Of a stretch of DNA of 64,000 nucleotides, positions 56,051-64,000 are shown piece by piece (positions within the stretch are counted from its first letter, which is position 1; each line of letters starts with the position of its first letter). Both the position numbers and the translations under genes were made by a program. The notes under the pieces were generated by a model that was not told where the DNA came from, ran no database searches, and saw only the letters and a program-made list of their open reading frames with translations. Source of the DNA: Octopus vulgaris (taxonomy: Eukaryota); the NCBI GenBank assembly GCA_951406725.2, contig OX597833.1, forward strand, positions 65,410,001-65,474,000. The letters are read 5' to 3'.

Positions 56051-56778
56051 TAATTACCTGATCGACTCCGGTAACCGCCTGGTGTTTTATTTATCGGAAC
56101 CGCAAGACTAAAAGGCAAAGTGGACCCAGGAAAGAAGGGGATCCAGAATTCGAATCTTTGTTATAAAATTCGAAAACAACGATGTTTCTCGCAACCAATA
56201 CATTTCATGTTCATTGTACATAGAAAGAGAGAGAAGCATATTTTTACATATTCCTTTCCTGAAAAAATACACAACACGGATCACTTCAACCGCATTTTAC
56301 ATATATATCCATTTATACATACATCAATATATCCATACATACATATATACATATATAAACACATCCATTTATCCATTTTCACTTAAATACATACATCATC
56401 ATTCCATAGACAGATTTCGTTAAAAAGCCGGTCTTTGTTTTAACTCGTAATAAACTATAAAACTATAAATGAGTCGACATATCATTTTTGTCTCCTGTAT
56501 TGTACGCGTTCGTCAATGACAGCGAAATTCATTTTATAGTCTTCAATGAATTTGTATGGTTTATTTGGCATTGGCGTCCGTAGCGATTATTTCATGTAAC
56601 ATTGCATGGAATTCATTTTTAGTCACTTCTTTCAATTGTTTTTCACTTCCAGAAAGTGGTTTCGATTCCTCTACTTTCTTCTTATATCGCCATTAATCCT
56701 GGATGATAATGTTGGTTCCAGCCTTTCAGAGCTCTGGCTGATGAATCACAATCATTCGTTCTAAAACATCATGTCTAG

Positions 56779-56864
<86 letters not shown>

Positions 56865-56871
56865 ATACATA

Positions 56872-56926
<55 letters not shown>

Positions 56927-56974
56927 TAATGTATATATATATGTATGTTTATATATATATATATATATATATAT

Positions 56975-57160
56975 CATCATCATCATCATCGATTAGCGTC
57001 CGTTTTCCATGCTAGCATGTGTTGGACGGTTCAACTGAGGTCTGTGAAGCCGGAAGGCTTCATCAGGCCTAGTCAGATCTGGCAGTGTTTCTACGGCTGG
57101 ATGCCCTTCCTAACGCCAACCACTCCGTGAGTGTAGTGGGTGCTTTTTACGTGCCACCCG
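56975..57160 (-). mobile_element. SINE-E 3' fragment with (ATG)n tail
   Basis: Minus strand ggagtggttggcgttaggaagggcatccagccgtagaaac...gcatggaaaacggacgctaatcgatgatgatg. The motif is widespread in invertebrate RTE-associated SINEs (recollection). Confidence 0.6.
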
Positions 57161-57594
57161 CATATATATATATATATATAAATATATGAGGTGTTTGGTG
57201 GGAAATTTAAACCAGCCTTGTACATACGTGCATATATATGTATGTATGGACGTTCGTATACGTAAGTATAACGTTTGTTCTGCATATATGTATTTGTATT
57301 TATGTACTTTGATATATTCAACCGATGACGGCAAAGTTTATTTAAAGCAAAGCTAGAAATCCAGGATCTTGAATTATTCAGTAAAATCTTTTTGCTAGTC
57401 TGTTTTGTCCCTCTGTCTTATCTCATGGTGTGATATGAACATTTAAGGTGGTTCTTAGAGTCAGGGATTTGACTGCTATTTCGGCATGGTGGTGTCTCTC
57501 AGACACCCTTATTTTTAGTTGTATATATATATATATATATATATTATGCGAACTTTCAACATATGAAATCTGTGGTGCAAATTTTCATCCGTCA

Positions 57595-57900
57595 TCTCCG
57601 CACCCGATTGTAGGAGGATCGTAGGGGTAGAATTCCCAGAAACCTCCTCAACAGGGTCCTATCAAAAGCAACCAACATTACACATTCCTACTGGATTTCC
57701 CAAACGTGACCGAATGAGAATATGTGTATTATCCAACAATCTCCACTTTGGTCTGCCCCAGGGTCTCCTTTTGGTTGGCTCCGGTTGAAGAATCTGTCAA
57801 ATGATTCGTTCCTGTGACATTCTAACCACATGGTTGTAGTACTGCAGCTGTGACCGCTCAACGTGGTGATACAATATGGAGGGACACCCCGATCACCGAG
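57595..57900 (-). pseudogene. RTE-clade LINE ORF C-terminal fragment
   Basis: HVERSQLQYYNHVVRMSQERII*QILQPEPTKRRPWGRPKWRLLDN resembles RTE/Expander IERSQLRWFGHLVRM...RRPRGRPRTRW.D. Confidence 0.8.
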
Positions 57901-59019
57901 CCGTGCTTTCTGTCAAATAACAGAATGGCAGCGCTAAGCAGAAATGTTTAATATTGATGTAATTACACCACTTATCTACAGCGAAAAATTTTCTCCATGA
58001 CAACACACAATGAACGGCTTTCTTACGGGTTCGAATATTCCCCAAACATATTTTAACTGGTAATAACCTTATAACCTATCAAATAACATTACCCCCGGCA
58101 GGTCCTTCGAAGGAACCCATTACGTCCGGTTGCATCCGTTACAAAATGATTTTTGAAACACATTCTTTTCTAGAATATTCTTTGTTCGTTAACATTGTTT
58201 TTCACCGCATTAAGTCCTCGTGTCCTCACGTCCATTATTTCATTCCAACAACGTTTCAGATATTTTTTATATGAATTTTCCTTTGCACTTACTGCTCTAC
58301 TCTGATAACATCTTACAAAATCCCGTTCAAAACTACATCTAACAGCGAAACTTTCTTTTTATTTCTATTTTCCTGTTAAATTCACGCTTTCCTTTCTTAA
58401 GATTTCTTTCAGCGCAAAGAATACCTGGTACATAAAGTTTTCTGTTGTAAAGTAGACACAGAGCTTAGGGGAATTCACATTTTATTGCAATTTTTACATA
58501 CACAAACTCAAAAGCTACATTATTTCAAACACACAACTTCTATTCCTTATTCTTTGTCTCTGTAAAGTTGATACAACTTTAAACTTGTCTTTAAAGTAAT
58601 CTATTTTTCTTTTGAATGTTCACACCGTTGCCTCGTTCATTCCCAAGTCTGGACATGTCTTTATTTTCTTGTCACAACGTCAATGAGTTTGCATAATCTC
58701 CACTTTATCATCTGGCATTAACACTTTCCTGTGCTCTTTCGCACTAAAGCATTCTCCCACCAGTCTTTCATTTATCCATACTTAATGAGATTGGATTACG
58801 TATTGTATTTTGATATATATGATTGTAGTAATGGACGACGGAACTCTCACGTTTTATAGAGGGAGAGATTTCGAAGTTCACAGATATGGCTCGAAATTAA
58901 CCTCTTGCAAAATAAGAACAGCAAATTGCTATACAGATGATGATGCCGCGAGTTCTGATTAAACACGTTAATTTAGGTAAGATGAAGCGAAATTTTGATA
59001 TGCCACTTCCACTCTAAGT

Positions 59020-59583
<564 letters not shown>

Positions 59584-59602
59584 TACATAGGTATATATCG
59601 TT

Positions 59603-59752
59603 GCACTCCGTCGGTTACGATGACGAAGGGGTTCCAGTTGATCCGATCAATGGAACAGCCTACTCGTGAAATTGACGTGCAAGTGACTGAGCACTCCACA
59701 GACATCGTGTACCCTTAACGTGGTTCTCGAGGAGATTCAGTGTGACACAGAG
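59603..59752 (-). mobile_element. SINE-D 3' portion
   Basis: Matches 4302-4450. Confidence 0.8.
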
Positions 59753-59901
59753 TTTATTTTGTCGGGTTCCTTTCTGTTGAAGAACGTAGACTCGAAAGGT
59801 AAAATAGTTTCCCACCCTCCCGAGCGTTAAACTAATACATTGATACACCTGCTTGGTGTTTACACACCTGTCTTCGTCTTTTGTTTTTTGTAAATTCCAA
59901 C

Positions 59902-59969
<68 letters not shown>

Positions 59970-60247
59970 TCGCCAGAATTTTGGAAACAATCTATTTATT
60001 CATAATTAATAGCGCTTTCGTTCATTTCTCCAACTTGTCAAATAAAATTTTGCGAACGTACAAAAAGCTTGTTCATTTATATAAAACAGATGTTTGAGGG
60101 GTGGGGTGGATTTTGTTTAGAAAAGGAGAACGTTGTTTTGTTTTGTTGAGCGAGGTTCCATGACAATGGTGATAGGTAGAAAGTTAGGTAGGTAGAGAGG
60201 TTGATAGAAAGACAGATAGCTAGATAGATAAATAGCTAGATAGATAG

Positions 60248-60278
<31 letters not shown>

Positions 60279-60684
60279 GAGAGAAAGAAGGGGATAGGAG
60301 GAAGGGAGATCCCCTTTCGTATTCACCATTCATTTATTCATTTTGTCATTTACCATTGCTTTGAAATGGGTTTAAGGATGGTGACCTCTTCAAGAAAAAA
60401 GAATAGATATGGTGTGATGTGGTCTTTACTGAGTCTTATTGTCTTCTTTCTCTCATTTTCCCCTTCTTCCCTTCTTTCTTTCACTTTTTCTTCCTTTTCT
60501 TCTTTTCCCTACTACATTCTAGCTACGGGATCAGCAGTTTCTGGCTATGTCTGCCTATCTACAGTACTGGACAACTCGTCTGTAAGAGACGGCATGAATC
60601 GGTCCTTGAATCGAAACTGCAGTGCTATGATCATGGCTGCAAAACCCCTAACCACTAAACCACACTCCTCCACACATTTGTCTC

Positions 60685-61097
60685 TCTTTTCTCTTTTCTC
60701 TTTTCTCTTTTACTTGTTTCAGTCATTTGACTGCGGCCATGCTGGAGCACCGCCTTTTTAGTCGAGCAAATCGACCCCAGGACTTATTCTTTGTAAGCCT
60801 AGTACTTATCTTATCGGTCTCTTTTGCCGAACCGCTAAGTAAACACACCAGCATCGGTTGTCAAGCGATGTTGAGGAGACAAACACAGACACACAAACAC
60901 ACACACACATATATATATATATATACATATATACGACAGGCTTCTTTCAGTTTCCGTCTACCAAATCCACTCACAAGTCTTTGGTCGGCCCGACGCTATA
61001 GTAGAAGACACTTGCCCAAGGTGCCACGCAGTGGGACTGAACCCGGAACTGTGTGGTTGGTAAGCAAACTACTTACCACACAGCCACTCCTGCGCCT
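60685..61097 (-). mobile_element. SINE-A, full length
   Basis: Family A consensus with a (ctttt)n tail. Confidence 0.92.
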
Positions 61098-61157
61098 ATA
61101 CATTTATATATATATATATATATATATATACATGTGCGTGTGTACGTCTATATCTTT

Positions 61158-62262
61158 CTATGTATGTATATAAGTATGTATGTATGTATGTATGTATGTA
61201 AGTATGTATGTATGTATGTATGTATGTAAGTATGTATGTATGTATGTATGTATGTATGTATGTATGTATGTATGTATGTATGTATGTATGTATGTATGTA
61301 TGTATGTATGTATGTATGTATGTATGTATGTATGTGTGTATGTATGTATGCATGTATGTATGTATGTATGTATGTATGTATGTATGTATGTATGTACGAA
61401 TGTATGTATGTATGTGTGTATGTATGTATGCATGTATGTATGTAAGTATGTATGTATGTATGTATGTATGTATGTATGTATGTATGTGTGTATGTGTGTA
61501 TGTATGTATGCATGTATGTATGTATGCATGTATGTATGTATGTATGTATGTATGTGTGTATGTGTGTATGTATGTATGAATGTATGTATGTATGTATGTG
61601 TGTATGTGTGTATGTATGTATGTATGTATGTATGTATGTATGTATGTATGTATGTATGTATGTATGTATGTATGTATGTGTGTATGTATGTATGTATGTA
61701 TGTATGTATGTATGTGTGTATGTGTGTATGTATGTATGTATGTATGTATGTATGTATGTATGTATGTATGTATGTATGTGTGTATGTATGTATGTATGTA
61801 TGTATGTATGTATGTATGTATGTATGTATGTATGTATGTATGTATGTATGTATGTATGTATGTATGTATGTATGTATGTATGTATGTATGTATGTATGTA
61901 TGTATGTATGTATGTATGTATGTATGTATGTATGTATGTATGTATGTATGTATGTATGTATGTATGTATGTATGTATGTATGTATGTATGTATGTATGTA
62001 TGTATGTATGTATGTATGTATGTATGTATGTATGTATGTATGTATGTATGTATGTATGTGTGTATGTGTGCATGTATGCATGTATGTATGTATGTATGTA
62101 TGTATGTATGTATGTATGTGTGTATGTGTGTATGTGTGCATGTATGTATGTATGTATGTATGTATGTATGTATGTATGTATGTATGTATGTATGTATGTA
62201 TGTATGTATGTATGTATGTATGTATGTATGTATGTATGTATGTATGTATGTATGTATGTATG

Positions 62263-62294
<32 letters not shown>

Positions 62295-62482
62295 TGTATG
62301 TATGTATGTATGTATGTGTGTATGTGTGCATGTATGCATGTATGTATGTATGTATGTATGTATGTATGTATGTATGTATGTATGTATGTATGTATGTATG
62401 TATGTGTGTATGTGTGTATGTGTGTGTATGTATGTATGTATGTATGTATGTATGTATGTATGTATGTATGTATGTATGTATG

Positions 62483-62514
<32 letters not shown>

Positions 62515-62774
62515 TGTATGTATGTATGTATGTATGTATGTATGTATGTATGTATGTATGTATGCATGTATGTATGTATGTATGTATGTATGTATGTATG
62601 TATGTGTGTATGTGTATGTATGTATGTATGTATGTATGTATGTATGTATGTATGTATGTATGTATGTATGTATGTATGTATGTATGTATGTGTGTATGTA
62701 TGTATGTATGTATGTATGTATGTATGTATGTATGTATGTATGTATGTATGTATGTATGTATGTATGTATGTATG

Positions 62775-62808
<34 letters not shown>

Positions 62809-63036
62809 TGTATGTATGTATGTATGTATGTATGCATGTATGTATGTATGTATGCATGTATGTATGCATGTATGTATGTATGTATGTATGTATGTATGTA
62901 TGTATGCATGTATGTATGTATGTATGTATGTATGTATGCATGTATGTATGCATGTATGTATGTATGCATGTATGTATGTATGTATGCATGTATGTATGTA
63001 TGCATGTATGTATGGATGTATGTATGTATGTATGTA
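61158..63036. repeat. ~1.9-kb (TATG)n tetranucleotide array with TG/CATG/TAAG variant units
   Basis: Direct inspection. It produces the spurious 400-650-aa MYVC/HTYI ORFs. Confidence 0.98.
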
Positions 63037-63454
63037 AATTAAACCTGACCGGTTGTCGCTTTTTGACAGTCTGTACGCTTAGTGACACGACGTAAGGTCT
63101 AATCGAACGTGACAGCTTCTAACACGTCTCGACGGTCTTCTCAGACGTAAGGATAAAGAAATTCATTAGGAAATCGATAGCTTTTCTCATCAGGTCCGTG
63201 TACGTCTGCGTGTGTAGGAGGATGCTCGTACGTATGAGTGGGTATGTGTGCACGCGCGCGTACCTGAGTGTCTCTGTCTGTGTCTGTGTATATGTGTGTG
63301 TGTGTGTGTGTATGTGCAGGTTTGTGAGTGTGCGCGTGTGTAGTGATAAACAACATCAGAAGTACATTCGCCTAATGTTGTTTGACATAAGACTTCCGTC
63401 AAGCAATACAATCGATACTCTGATGTGTGTGTGTATGTATGTATATATATATAC

Positions 63455-63512
<58 letters not shown>

Positions 63513-63624
63513 ATATATGTATATGTATATATATATACATGCATCAATAAATAAATAACTATATACGTGAAAATATATATATATATATTTTACATATACA
63601 TATATAAATATACATAAATATACT

Positions 63625-63662
<38 letters not shown>

Positions 63663-63704
63663 AATATATATATAAGTATATATGCATATATATATATAAA
63701 TATG

Positions 63705-63744
<40 letters not shown>

Positions 63745-64000
63745 TATATATATAAATATATATATATAAGTATATATGCATATATATATATGTATGTATA
63801 AGTATATATGCATATAGAAATGTATATACTCATGCACATATACATACAAACCTACTTAACATGATAGCAAATGAAAAAAATCTATATATAAAACAAATGA
63901 AATTAAATATAGAATATTCGCTGACAGTTCATAACCGTCGAAAAGAAAGTCGATTGTGTTGTTTTTATGAAACCGCTAATTTACAAGTTGTGTAAAATAA

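Noticed and set aside
57045-57068. Minus-strand CUGAUGA-AGCC-UUCC-GGCU as a hammerhead
   Set aside because: No GAAA after stem II. It lies within a SINE-E fragment and is probably chance.
57950-58820. Possible degenerate AP-endonuclease region of a CR1/L2-like LINE (minus strand)
   Set aside because: Only faint motif resemblance amid many stops. Needs an HMM search.
61096-63095. Long ORFs of 400-646 aa (MYVC/HTYI repeats)
   Set aside because: Translations of the (TATG)n array with no coding complexity.
63120-63195. Hammerhead-like fragments (CTGAGAAGA..GAGAC; CTGATGAGAAA) on the minus strand
   Set aside because: Core nucleotides and stems are incomplete, so the call cannot be supported.

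Overview
Gene-free, AT-rich eukaryotic (animal) intergenic or intronic DNA. It is dense in microsatellites ((TA)n, (TATG)n, (GATA)n, (TAA)n, (GAA)n, compound trinucleotide arrays) and mobile-element relics. The repeat landscape is most consistent with an octopus/coleoid cephalopod genome (inference, not proven). I find no host protein-coding exon, tRNA, rRNA or CRISPR array, and nearly all ORF-track entries are microsatellite translations. Recognisable content: (i) two ~99%-identical, 5'-truncated L1/Tx1-like LINE copies arranged head-to-tail inside (GATA)n/(TATC)n arrays at 47.6-50.1 kb; (ii) more than 30 tRNA-derived SINE copies or fragments in several modular families (my labels A-F); (iii) an R4/Dong-like LINE 3' portion plus a ~100-bp copy of its end, both in (TAA)n; (iv) Penelope-like element (PLE) remnants in (TA)n, with one well-formed hammerhead ribozyme and several minimal ones; (v) two mariner remnants, two non-autonomous Helitron-like elements, a HINE-like element and an RTE fragment. 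The most notable observation is that the young SINE-B family shares its terminal ~45 nt (small stem-loop plus TAAAGAAA) with the GATA-associated Tx1-like LINE. This suggests a SINE/LINE partnership with an L1-clade element that may also regenerate its own target repeat. Coordinates and alignments were read by eye.
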